Of a stretch of 64,000 nt of DNA, positions 7,391 to 16,279 are shown piece by piece; the stretch's first letter is position 1, and every line of letters begins with the position of its first letter. The notes under the pieces were generated by a model. It was not told the DNA's origin. It did not search any database and saw nothing but the letters and a program-made list of their open reading frames with translations. A program made the translations under genes and the position numbers. Origin of the DNA: a virus (lineage: Duplodnaviria; Heunggongvirae; Uroviricota; Caudoviricetes); IMG/VR virus record IMGVR_UViG_3300032257_000002, positions 1 through 64,000 of that record. The stretch is one strand, 5' to 3'.

Positions 7391-9559
7391 TTAAATTCTT
7401 AAGTAAGCTTGTTGTACGTCTATAATTGACATAGTTTTTAAGTCTTCAATACTGTATGTAAGCATAAAGTTGTAGACTTTAAAGTCATCAGATGAGTGCA
7501 AGTGCTTACGAATGTTAGCGTGGTCAGAACCAGTCTTTACAAGGCGGTCTTTAAATCCGCGCATACGTTTCCAGAATTTGTAGAATGGTGTCTTATACTT
7601 CCATTGAAATCCGTTAGTGTCTTCAAATACGAAACCTTCTGATGTTTCAAGTTCGATTGATGCTTGATCTGCAGTACGTCGCCATTGTTGTAAGGATACA
7701 AAGTCTGGATGGAGAGTAGTTAGTTGTTTAACTTTGAAACCGGTAAGATTTCCAAAGGAAGTTAGCTGTCGGTAATTGTATTTTTTGAATACCGGCTCGT
7801 TGTAGATTACGTCTAAAAGTATGACTTGGTCTTCTGTATATTTACAGATGTGTGGATCTTTGTGGTGAATTACTTCAAAAACTAGGGAAATGTTTTTAGA
7901 AGTAACAATGTTTTTTAAAATGTCTGTAAGATGCGGAGTCACTAGTTCACGAAACATATCAGCAAAGTCACCTTTGTCTGTAGATTTAGAAGCTATGAAC
8001 CATTCGTCTTTGTGAACGGACATAATACCTAGGAAACCGTTTTCTTTATTGTAAGCTGCGATCGGACCTTGTATAGTTTTGGACATAGTACGAGATTCAG
8101 TTTCAGGACGTTCATCCCAGTTAAAGAACTTGTCGTATGACCTAGCTACAATGGCTCCTGAGGCGTCTAAGAATAGGCCGCGAGCTTTGGTATTGATCTC
8201 ATCCCAAGTACGCTTGTGGAAGACTTTACGAGAGAAGTTAACAGCGTATACACCAGTTTGTAGGTCTTTAACAATGACATCTTTTTTATGTTGAAAATAA
8301 GATAGTAAATTGTTGGCTTGTTCTAGTTTCACTGCTGGAAGGAAAGAATCCTCTGAATCAAGACTTGTATCAAATGTGTTGTTTTGGATTTCTGTACATG
8401 CAACACCTAATCGGTTAATAGTCATCATTCTAAAAGTACCACCAAATTCTTGATTACCATTAAGATTAAAGGTGCGATCGGTATTTTGTATAGGTGCTTT
8501 GTGAATATTTCGATGACCATGAATTTGATAATGAAAATCAAGTGTGTTGTTAACAAATGCCTGATCTACTTCTTCTGATTCACTGTAAGTTCCTACACCT
8601 TTGATGAAGTCAAAGGTAGGTGTAGTAATACCAGGTAAGCAAGGTAGACCGCCATGAGTAACTGTATAGACTTTATTATGGTATTTAAAGTAAGCTAGCT
8701 GACCTAAACGATTGTAAAAATCTTTAAGATCGGAATTAGCAATACCGGCTGCTTCAAATGCATCGAAAGTGGCTCTACTAGCAAGAGGCATTTTGATGTT
8801 TTGATACGAAAATTTATTGCGGATATAATTTCGTAAATGTACTTCGTGATTACCTGTTAAGAAGAGTGTATTCTTCTCTTTACTTAAAGGATGTAAAAGT
8901 TTGAAAGTTTCAACATGTTGAAGACCGCGATCGAAATAGTCACCTACGAAAATATAAAAGTAATCTTTGTTGAAAGGCTGAGTAACGAAATATTCGTTTA
9001 TCGGATCAGTACAAGAATGAACATCTCCGAATACTACGATTTGCTCATAGTCAGATAAGTCATGTTGTATGTTTGAATATTCTGGCCATTCATTAGGTTT
9101 AATAGTGGTTACCCAGTTCGGTATATGTTCTGTTTGAAGACGGTAGAAGGTACGTTCAATAGCTTCATCAGGTACATGTTTGTAGGAGTCGCGTTGACGA
9201 TTCTGTGTAAGAGCTGTCTGTAAAGGTACATCTGAAAAATCTACAAGAACTACTCGATAACGGTGGGCTTGGGCAAGTTGTCGGTATTTGTTAAGTTGTG
9301 AAGTACGGCTATGTGTAGCGTCAACTACAACTAGTTCTCCACGTTCCATACGAGTTTCAAGCATCTGGAATAATAGATTCCAAACATATTTGTCATTTGT
9401 TGGAGATATGACTTGTTGTCCGGTTTTAATAAGCTGAGGAGACTGTACCATTAAACGGATAAAATCAGGTTCTAATGTGTACATAAATAGATTATTGCTT
9501 TTAATCCATGTTGATTTACCGGAGCCCGGAGTTCCACGAGTTAACACGAGAGTTCGCAT
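7391..9559 (-). CDS. trifunctional polynucleotide kinase / metallophosphatase / RNA ligase (bacterial Pnkp-like RNA repair enzyme)
   Basis: P-loop GTPGSGKST at the N-terminus. Calcineurin-like motifs GDVHSC, GDYFDRG, GNHE in the middle. Nucleotidyltransferase motif I AYNKENGFLG plus EGFVFED and KYK (motifs IV/V) in the C-terminal third. Confidence 0.75.
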   Translation of the reverse strand: MRTLVLTRGTPGSGKSTWIKSNNLFMYTLEPDFIRLMVQSPQLIKTGQQVISPTNDKYVWNLLFQMLETRMERGELVVVDATHSRTSQLNKYRQLAQAHRYRVVLVDFSDVPLQTALTQNRQRDSYKHVPDEAIERTFYRLQTEHIPNWVTTIKPNEWPEYSNIQHDLSDYEQIVVFGDVHSCTDPINEYFVTQPFNKDYFYIFVGDYFDRGLQHVETFKLLHPLSKEKNTLFLTGNHEVHLRNYIRNKFSYQNIKMPLASRATFDAFEAAGIANSDLKDFYNRLGQLAYFKYHNKVYTVTHGGLPCLPGITTPTFDFIKGVGTYSESEEVDQAFVNNTLDFHYQIHGHRNIHKAPIQNTDRTFNLNGNQEFGGTFRMMTINRLGVACTEIQNNTFDTSLDSEDSFLPAVKLEQANNLLSYFQHKKDVIVKDLQTGVYAVNFSRKVFHKRTWDEINTKARGLFLDASGAIVARSYDKFFNWDERPETESRTMSKTIQGPIAAYNKENGFLGIMSVHKDEWFIASKSTDKGDFADMFRELVTPHLTDILKNIVTSKNISLVFEVIHHKDPHICKYTEDQVILLDVIYNEPVFKKYNYRQLTSFGNLTGFKVKQLTTLHPDFVSLQQWRRTADQASIELETSEGFVFEDTNGFQWKYKTPFYKFWKRMRGFKDRLVKTGSDHANIRKHLHSSDDFKVYNFMLTYSIEDLKTMSIIDVQQAYLRI

Positions 9560-9568
9560 GATGTTCCT

Positions 9569-9805
9569 TTAAATAAATAGTTCAGGATGTAAAGTTTGTA
9601 GTTCTTCGAAAGATTCTATAGGTGTTTTGTTGATGAGTAATCCCGGTTGTTTATAGTTGTTTTTCCAATCCCAAGATAGTTTTGAGTGTATCATCATTTC
9701 TTCTAGATCTGATAATTGTAAGCATAAACCAGTATTTGAATTTAATTCATGCAATAAATACTGTTCCATTTCTTCGTGATAGAGATTATATTTTCTTGAT
9801 GTCAT
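9569..9805 (-). CDS. small protein, PE-tail family (ends ...LQTLHPELFI)
   Basis: ORF track; stop followed by AGGAACATC-ATG of the Pnkp-like gene. Confidence 0.55.
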   Translation of the reverse strand: MTSRKYNLYHEEMEQYLLHELNSNTGLCLQLSDLEEMMIHSKLSWDWKNNYKQPGLLINKTPIESFEELQTLHPELFI

Positions 9806-9838
9806 TGTATTTCCTAAATTACAATTGTAGATCGGCGT

Positions 9839-10153
9839 TTAATACTCGATCCAACCTGATCCGCCGCCATTATTGTGTCGTTTAGCCCATACTGCTTTTA
9901 CCGAATCTACAAGAGTGTATGGGTCAGTGATAGTTTCATCATAGTTTACTTCGTAGTTATCAAGTATACTATGTATATCTTTTATAGAATGTGCAGTTTC
10001 TATAATAGTACCATCACGTAATAGTTCATAGCCACCAATATACATAAAGTTAATAGTATACTTTGGTGTCATTGAATCAATTAAATCAATCAGTTCAAGT
10101 GTTGCCCATTGTGGTTGCGTGTTGATTTTCTGTTTGAGTTTTTCGATATTCAT
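9839..10153 (-). CDS. hypothetical protein (104 aa)
   Basis: ORF track; 1-nt gap to ThyX. Confidence 0.5.
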   Translation of the reverse strand: MNIEKLKQKINTQPQWATLELIDLIDSMTPKYTINFMYIGGYELLRDGTIIETAHSIKDIHSILDNYEVNYDETITDPYTLVDSVKAVWAKRHNNGGGSGWIEY

Positions 10154-10154
10154 A

Positions 10155-11021
10155 TTAAGCCTTTATAATAAGATCAAGATATTTAGTCGGTGTAACTTTT
10201 TTCATAGTTTTAGCAAGCCATTGGATTTGGAAGTACGCAGCACCTGAGTCACGAAGTTGGAAGTAGTTTTTTAAAGATCGTAGGTTAAATGTTACAACCA
10301 TATCTACTTTCCAGTTGTCGGTTACGATATGTTTGAAAGCATCACCTACGTTACGTTTTTTCGGACCGGCTTCTAGTGCAATGAATAAATCATCAGAACT
10401 TAGTCCTGAAATTAATAAAGGTAATGAAGATTTAGCTATTGCTAATCCGTCGAATACTATAGGCCCTAAGGCTGTTCGTTGATCGTACAGGCGATTGAAT
10501 ATGAATTCCACATCTGTATTTGGGCGAGTTACTACAAATAGATCCATTTCATTGACTGCTGCGTGAAACCATAAATTGGCTTCCTTGATACTAGGTTGAA
10601 ATAGGCTAGCTACAAAAGCATTGATTATACTGCTCATTGTATAGCGCGTTGACCTTACACTAATACCTTGAATCCTGTGACGAGCATGTTCTTGTAGTAC
10701 ACCACGGGACGTTCCTTTGATAAGGTATGTCAGGTTAGCGTGTTCAAGGATACTGTAGTGGAAGTGAGTCCAGGCAAGTTTGTCTAGGAGGTCTGAGTGT
10801 TCGATACTATTTAACTCATCTAATTCAGATTGTTCATAAACTTGCCGGCAGTTACCTTCTGGATTAAATGAGGAACCAAGTACTTTAACACATTCATTCT
10901 CACTAGTTTCAAATGAGTCATAGCAAGTACGAGCAGCATACTCAGAAGTACCAATACCAGTTTCTTGTAGCAGAACTACGGTTGGATGGGAGTATTCAAT
11001 CCCGTGCACTATTTCAGTCAT
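10155..11021 (-). CDS. thyX: flavin-dependent thymidylate synthase ThyX
   Basis: ThyX signature RHRx7S present as HARHRIQGISVRSTRY; size 288 aa. Confidence 0.75.
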   Translation of the reverse strand: MTEIVHGIEYSHPTVVLLQETGIGTSEYAARTCYDSFETSENECVKVLGSSFNPEGNCRQVYEQSELDELNSIEHSDLLDKLAWTHFHYSILEHANLTYLIKGTSRGVLQEHARHRIQGISVRSTRYTMSSIINAFVASLFQPSIKEANLWFHAAVNEMDLFVVTRPNTDVEFIFNRLYDQRTALGPIVFDGLAIAKSSLPLLISGLSSDDLFIALEAGPKKRNVGDAFKHIVTDNWKVDMVVTFNLRSLKNYFQLRDSGAAYFQIQWLAKTMKKVTPTKYLDLIIKA

Positions 11022-11030
11022 TAGTAATCC

Positions 11031-11288
11031 TTACTGAGGGTTTTTGAATATATATTCTTGTATTTGTATAATAGCTTCTCCATGAATTTTAGATGAATTA
11101 AGATCACTGATAGCGTATTCTTGTAAAGTATCTATTGATTTATATATAAAATCAAATTGGTAATTACATAGCACATTTATAATAGTAATAGACATTACTA
11201 TGTAAACAAATAACCAGCTAAGTTCTAAACGAAGTGCGAGTATATCTTTCATAAGTCTACCAGTCGTATACCCAAGATGAATGACCAT
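11031..11288 (-). CDS. hypothetical small membrane protein
   Basis: ORF track; hydrophobic core. Confidence 0.4.
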   Translation of the reverse strand: MVIHLGYTTGRLMKDILALRLELSWLFVYIVMSITIINVLCNYQFDFIYKSIDTLQEYAISDLNSSKIHGEAIIQIQEYIFKNPQ

Positions 11289-11604
11289 CTTGAAGTATAT
11301 CTTCTTGAATAACTGCTAATTGTTCAGGAGTAAAATCATGGTCGTCTAAGAAGGCATAAATGTTGTATGTTTTATGACGATTGTGTCCAGAGTAACCAAC
11401 ATCCTCAAATTTTGTTAAATGACCAGGGATATAGTAATAAATATCTGGATTTACTAGATAATTTTTATCTATAGCTAGTTCGTACAAAGCCCAACGATCT
11501 ATTAAAGGTAAAGATTTATTTTGAATAAGTTTAAGTACTTCGTTATTTTTAGCATCTTGAGATACACCGTTAGTAATTTTATCTATTAGTTCTTTGATAG
11601 TCAT
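11257..11604 (-). CDS. hypothetical protein (115 aa)
   Basis: ORF track. Confidence 0.5.
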   Translation of the reverse strand: MTIKELIDKITNGVSQDAKNNEVLKLIQNKSLPLIDRWALYELAIDKNYLVNPDIYYYIPGHLTKFEDVGYSGHNRHKTYNIYAFLDDHDFTPEQLAVIQEDILQDGHSSWVYDW

Positions 11605-11744
11605 AATAGTCCTTTAAAATAAGTTGACATCTAAATGGTGATAGTTATAAATTGCTCCACCGATGAATGAGGTAAATAAGAATATAATTCCTATAACCTC
11701 GAAGTGTTTCATGACATAGTTGTGAAGATTAAGTAAGTGTTTCA

Positions 11745-11951
11745 TTAGTTTTCGTCCTCGTCGTAAGAATACGTATCTTTTTCTTTTTGCATGTTTTTGA
11801 TCTTTTCATCGTAAACTTTCTTTGCTAGAGGAAAGTCTGTTTTGAGAGTTTTTAAATATTCGATAGCATGTTGCAGACTAGTTATCTGTCGTTCGGATAA
11901 TGTTTTTCGTTTTTCTTTTAATGTAGTTTTTAGTGATTCAATGATATTCAT
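11745..11951 (-). CDS. hypothetical charged helical protein (68 aa)
   Basis: ORF track; Lys/Glu-rich. Confidence 0.45.
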   Translation of the reverse strand: MNIIESLKTTLKEKRKTLSERQITSLQHAIEYLKTLKTDFPLAKKVYDEKIKNMQKEKDTYSYDEDEN

Positions 11952-12180
11952 AGTTCTCCTTTTAATTATGTAGTATACATACTAGAACACCAGCCACTTC
12001 CTTTAACTCAAGCCTAGTGACTGATGCTCCATATGCGTACATACTTCTGCAGATTTATACGTTGGCTCTGCAAGGCCTCGATTGGTACTTTAGCGTCTTA
12101 CTCAGGACGTGTCTTAACAGTTATACTCCGATGAAGACAAATAGAGTAAGCCCGTTTTAAAGCCCTGGCTAGGCCGAATG

Positions 12181-12253
12181 TGCTTCGTACCGGAGTCGAA
12201 CCAGCGACACCATCCCTGGTTGGGGACTGCTCTTCCACCTGAGCTAACGAAGC
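12181..12253 (-). tRNA. tRNA gene (73 nt; isotype undetermined, anticodon loop appears non-canonical)
   Basis: The reverse complement gives GCTTCGT/ACGAAGC acceptor stem and D arm GCTC-AGGTGGAA-GAGC. The T arm is GCTGG-TTCGACT-CCGGT. The anticodon stem GTCCC/GGGAT encloses only a 6-nt loop CAACCA. Confidence 0.6.
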
Positions 12254-13020
12254 GTATGTGATGTGCCCTCCCAGCCTTGCACTGGGTACGTTCTCGACGC
12301 ATCAGTGGTAGTATATACCACCGAAGACTTACGCGCTATTCAGGCCGTATATCTCCCAGTTATCATCCTGGGCTAAGTTTCCTTCGTTTTACTGTACGAA
12401 TGTCATCACTCATAAATCCCCGACAGTCTTGTGACACCAAGAGAAGCGCATAACTTGCTACAAGCAAGAGTGAGAATTGTCCCTACATTGAGAGGTAGGT
12501 ATCACACAGGCGTTACACCTGATAGATGGAGGTGATAAGGCTCCTTAAAATATACTATTATATACTCTGAGGAACTCCCTACTTACCAGGTAGGGATCAG
12601 TACCTAGTTGATTACGCTCAACTATCTAGACTGACTGTTTCAAGCGAAGTATTTATTACAGGTGTACTCAACCTACCACTGTTGCCATTTATACAACTAT
12701 AGTTAATGGTGTAACTGCAATTACTTAAGGTAGCTGCTGACTACCATTATGGAGTGGTAAGCTCCAGTGAACATACCAGGGATGGAGGAAGCTTCTCTCA
12801 TAAATCTGTCCGCTTTGTATGCTCGCTGGAACTTAAGGTGGAAGAATTATATTTACAGACGGTCTTACCTTGCACGTCTATGCCATGACCAGACTCGAAT
12901 TTATCAATACTTATCCACTTGGTGGTTGACTGGTATTCATTGGTTGTACTCTAAAATAGCATGGTGCCTTAATTTTTTAAGGACTAGCCCGATACAAAGC
13001 CTCGGAATTCAGGGCTGTTA

Positions 13021-13095
13021 GGGCCTCATACTGGATTTGAACCAGTGACCTCCTGTTTAATCGACAGGTGCTCTAACCTATGAGCTAATGAGGCC
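13021..13095 (-). tRNA. tRNA gene (75 nt incl. extra 5' G pairing with discriminator C, His-like feature; anticodon loop CGATTAA non-canonical)
   Basis: The reverse complement gives G-1 + GCCTCAT/ATGAGGC acceptor. D arm GCTC-ATAGGTTA-GAGC. Anticodon stem CCTGT/ACAGG is perfect, with loop CGATTAA. T arm ACTGG-TTCAAAT-CCAGT. Confidence 0.6.
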
Positions 13096-13425
13096 TATAT
13101 TAGTAGCCAAGGGACTGCAACCCTTGGACAGGATTATTCGGACACGTTTCAGAAAACTTGCTTAGTGTAAATCCTTTACCCTTTTTGTTTAATGTCTCAT
13201 GCAGCCTATCCGCCATATTATTCTGGTGATCAATCCAGGGCCGGTAGTACTACTGCTTCCATCACTACTAATGTAACTAATACGTACGTAAAGCCCGCTA
13301 GTTTTAACCATATCAGAGATACCGGCCCCATATAGGCCGCTGTAGAGCTCTGTTTATGAAGCACGGGTAAGTTGCTCGTCTATTTAATCAACGGCCTTGT
13401 ACCGTAACCCGGCTGGTGTTGATAG

Positions 13426-14718
13426 TTACTTCATCGATCCGAGTTTTTCGATGATTTGAATGTTAGCTAGGTCATCGATAGATGATGAACCTTTTGCACC
13501 GGAATTCACCATGACATTGTTAGGCATTTGAATTTTAACGTTTGGTAGAGCTTTATATTTAGCAAGTTGAATGTCGCGTTCAACTTCAGCGGCGAAGATA
13601 TCAGGTTTGATAGCTGCGTATTTTGCACGAGTAACTGCCGCTTCTGCGAGACCTTTAGCCTCAATAGCTTGAGCTTCGAAGATGGTAGATTCAGATTTTG
13701 CTTTCTGGATTTTCTTTTCCATAAGAGCGATGTCTAGGTCTTTCTGTTTTCCAACAACTTGCTTTTCAGCTTCTTTTTGTTCGAGCTCGACTTTCTGTTG
13801 AGCTAGAATAACAGCAACTTCTTTCTCTTTGAGTTGTGATTGCTTAGCTTCTGTTCGTTCTTGAGCACCTTTGGCTTCAGCTAGGATTGCACCTTGACGA
13901 GCATTCTCTTGTTTTTCGATGATATCTTGACGAGCAGCGATCTGATTTTGTTTACGATCGATAAATTCACGTAGTTTCTTGTCGGGTTTGAAATCGTCAA
14001 TTGTAACTTGAGCAAGTCTGATATCGAAATCGTTGATAGCTAATGGAACACGTAGAGCAGTACCATTTTCGTCGTATTGAATGTTAGTGACATATACATT
14101 TTCTTCGATCTCGTCACGTGTTGTGGGGTTTTCGTTACCGAGACCAACTGTTGATATGCTTTTTGCTACAGTATCGCGTTCACGTTTTGTGACAAGTAAA
14201 CCGTTGTTAGCCTGATCTTCTACACGATTCTGGTATTCGTTCTGTCCACCTTGCATAAAGCTTTCACCAGAGAACTGATTTGCTGTATAGGCTAGGAGTT
14301 GTTTAGAACTAGGTTTTAGGCCGGTTTCGATAAGGTTATATTGACTGTGATATGTAGTGTGCATTTTAATTAGACGAGTAGGATCAAGTCTGTATAAAAG
14401 TGTACCGCCGATCATACCGCCGTAAGTATCTGTGAAGGTAATACGTTTCATAGTTCCATGAGTTAATGGATCTGCATCGTTGTCGTCTACATATGTAGTC
14501 TTCAGTACGATATCGTATCTAGTGATGTCTGTAAGGAAAGGTATTTTGAAGTGAACTCCCCCATCGATGATTGGTGTAAGAGAACCGTTAGGTGCTTTTT
14601 TAACTGCGTATTCCGTACCGCTGGTAATATAGAACGAATTCCATACTATTAAAAATGCTCCAAAGTATAGGAAGCCTTTGATACCGGCTGATTTAAGCTG
14701 TGTAAAAATGTTTTTCAT
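13426..14718 (-). CDS. SPFH/band-7 (stomatin/prohibitin/HflKC-like) membrane protein with long coiled-coil C-terminus
   Basis: N-terminal TM segment, SPFH-like core, then EQKEAEKQ... coiled-coil repeats; 430 aa. Confidence 0.65.
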   Translation of the reverse strand: MKNIFTQLKSAGIKGFLYFGAFLIVWNSFYITSGTEYAVKKAPNGSLTPIIDGGVHFKIPFLTDITRYDIVLKTTYVDDNDADPLTHGTMKRITFTDTYGGMIGGTLLYRLDPTRLIKMHTTYHSQYNLIETGLKPSSKQLLAYTANQFSGESFMQGGQNEYQNRVEDQANNGLLVTKRERDTVAKSISTVGLGNENPTTRDEIEENVYVTNIQYDENGTALRVPLAINDFDIRLAQVTIDDFKPDKKLREFIDRKQNQIAARQDIIEKQENARQGAILAEAKGAQERTEAKQSQLKEKEVAVILAQQKVELEQKEAEKQVVGKQKDLDIALMEKKIQKAKSESTIFEAQAIEAKGLAEAAVTRAKYAAIKPDIFAAEVERDIQLAKYKALPNVKIQMPNNVMVNSGAKGSSSIDDLANIQIIEKLGSMK

Positions 14719-14886
14719 TTAATTCCTTAGTGTAAGTTTCTAGTTTTGGGCAGATCTATTAACTGCTGAGATTTATAGATTTGATTACTAAATCAATTAG
14801 GTGAATGTCTATAATAATAGTACCAATGAATAGCAATTCATATCCGGTTTTGTACTTGCTGTTAATCCAGGCAAGTAGAAGAGTAA

Positions 14887-15411
14887 TCATCTTAATTCCT
14901 TTATCAGTTTGTTTACTAGTTTAGAGTGTTTTTGAACATTTGCGTAGTATGGTAGATTAGTGATTCCGCCATTCCAGCCTGACACTAGTTTACAATAAGT
15001 GTTACGGCGAGGATCTGCTGCTAAGCGACGTAGATTGAAGCAAGCTAACATAGTGCTAAACTTTACATCACGGATAAGACGTTGAGCGAGTTGCCAGTCA
15101 TTATAGTTTGCTAGCCAGCCTAATTGTTTTGGGAATAATTTCTGGTTGTGACGTACTGTAGCTATCTGGAACTGGAAGACACCTAGTGAGGCTTTTGTTA
15201 TGTCGGTACCAGGTTTGAAATCTCCAATAACGTTGAGGCCTAAACTAGATTCTTGCATAGCAATTTTGAGAAGGGTATGTTCACGATGTTCGAGCTTTGC
15301 GATTTTGTAGATTTGTTTTGCAGTAGATCGTTGTTCAGAGGATAGTGCGAATAGACTAGTGGTGAGTAGAACGAGTAATAGTATTTTCATTTGTTCCCTA
15401 GTTTTACGCAA
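14887..15411 (-). CDS. secreted lytic transglycosylase (SLT-domain)
   Basis: Signal peptide MKILLLVLLTTSLFALS. SLT-like catalytic region AMQESSLGLN...ASLGVFQFQ. Confidence 0.65.
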   Translation of the reverse strand: MRKTREQMKILLLVLLTTSLFALSSEQRSTAKQIYKIAKLEHREHTLLKIAMQESSLGLNVIGDFKPGTDITKASLGVFQFQIATVRHNQKLFPKQLGWLANYNDWQLAQRLIRDVKFSTMLACFNLRRLAADPRRNTYCKLVSGWNGGITNLPYYANVQKHSKLVNKLIKELR

Positions 15412-15614
15412 TAGCCTTGTGAATGATTAGGAGAAGTATTATTAACAGAAGACCATCTCCAGGCCATACATTTATCACCTATACAGTTCTGGGCATCAAA
15501 TGTAGCATTGTTTAGTTTAATGTCATGGTTGTACCCGTTATCATTCCAAGTAACAACATGGTTAACTTGGCTCATGAAGGGACATACTTTGGTTGCTGCT
15601 TCTTTAGTTGTCAT
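15387..15614 (-). CDS. hypothetical Cys-rich small protein (75 aa)
   Basis: ORF track. Confidence 0.45.
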   Translation of the reverse strand: MTTKEAATKVCPFMSQVNHVVTWNDNGYNHDIKLNNATFDAQNCIGDKCMAWRWSSVNNTSPNHSQGYCVKLGNK

Positions 15615-16264
15615 TATGTTTCCAATCCTAGTTGTTCAGGTGTTTGCCCAATATAAGGAACTACATTATCATATCCTTCCCTAGCATCGGTACAGGTCAT
15701 TATTGTAGGAGAACTGATATTACTGCCTAGTGATAAATTATCCCATGCTAATACCCACTCATTGTCATCTGCTTCTTCAAGCGTCCAAGGCTTAAGATTA
15801 GATATAGTAGTGCCACACGAATTGCCTACGTGAATTTGCCCATGTTTACCACTTATAAACATCTCAGTATGATTACAAACTCTTGTTACTTGGTAAAGTG
15901 ATTTAGGGGATTTTAAATCGTATACATACATTCCTACTTTAAATTCAGGCTCATCAGGTTTGATGCGATATCGTAGAGTTGATTGAAAAGGTTCTGTACT
16001 TTTTTTATTTTTCCATATAGGGGTTTCTCCGAGTAAAGATGCTACTTGTACAGTCTTACCTTCAGCTTGTGCTTTCCTGTAAGAAACGTATTCATCGTTG
16101 ATGACAATAGCTTTAATGGTTTTAGAATTGCCCCAATCAAATACTACTGAGGTATTATTAGACTTGTGTAAACACCACTGATTTTCAATTAGTACAAGAA
16201 GTTCACCACCATTAACTCAGTGTTCAAACTCTTTCCAGTACTTCTTGATTACTTCTTTGTTCAT
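15614..16264 (-). pseudogene. 217-codon ORF interrupted by an in-frame TGA at codon 16 (16217-16219); the track shows only the distal part (15614..15931)
   Basis: The ATG at 16264 has an AAGGAAAACCT RBS coupled to the upstream stop. The frame is MNKEVIKKYWKEFEH*VNGGELLVLIENQWCLHKS... and continues without ATG into MYVYDLKS... Confidence 0.4.
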
Positions 16265-16279
16265 AGGTTTTCCTTACAG

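Noticed and set aside
12583-12601. Hairpin CCTAC-CTGGTAA-GTAGG resembling a tRNA-Thr (GGU) anticodon arm on the minus strand
   Set aside because: I could not find flanking acceptor, D or T arms by eye, so it is not called as a tRNA. It may still be part of a structured RNA.
12114-13021. Track ORFs 12114..12302 (-) and 12767..13021 (+)
   Set aside because: They overlap the tRNA genes and the GC-richer structured non-coding island. No RBS.
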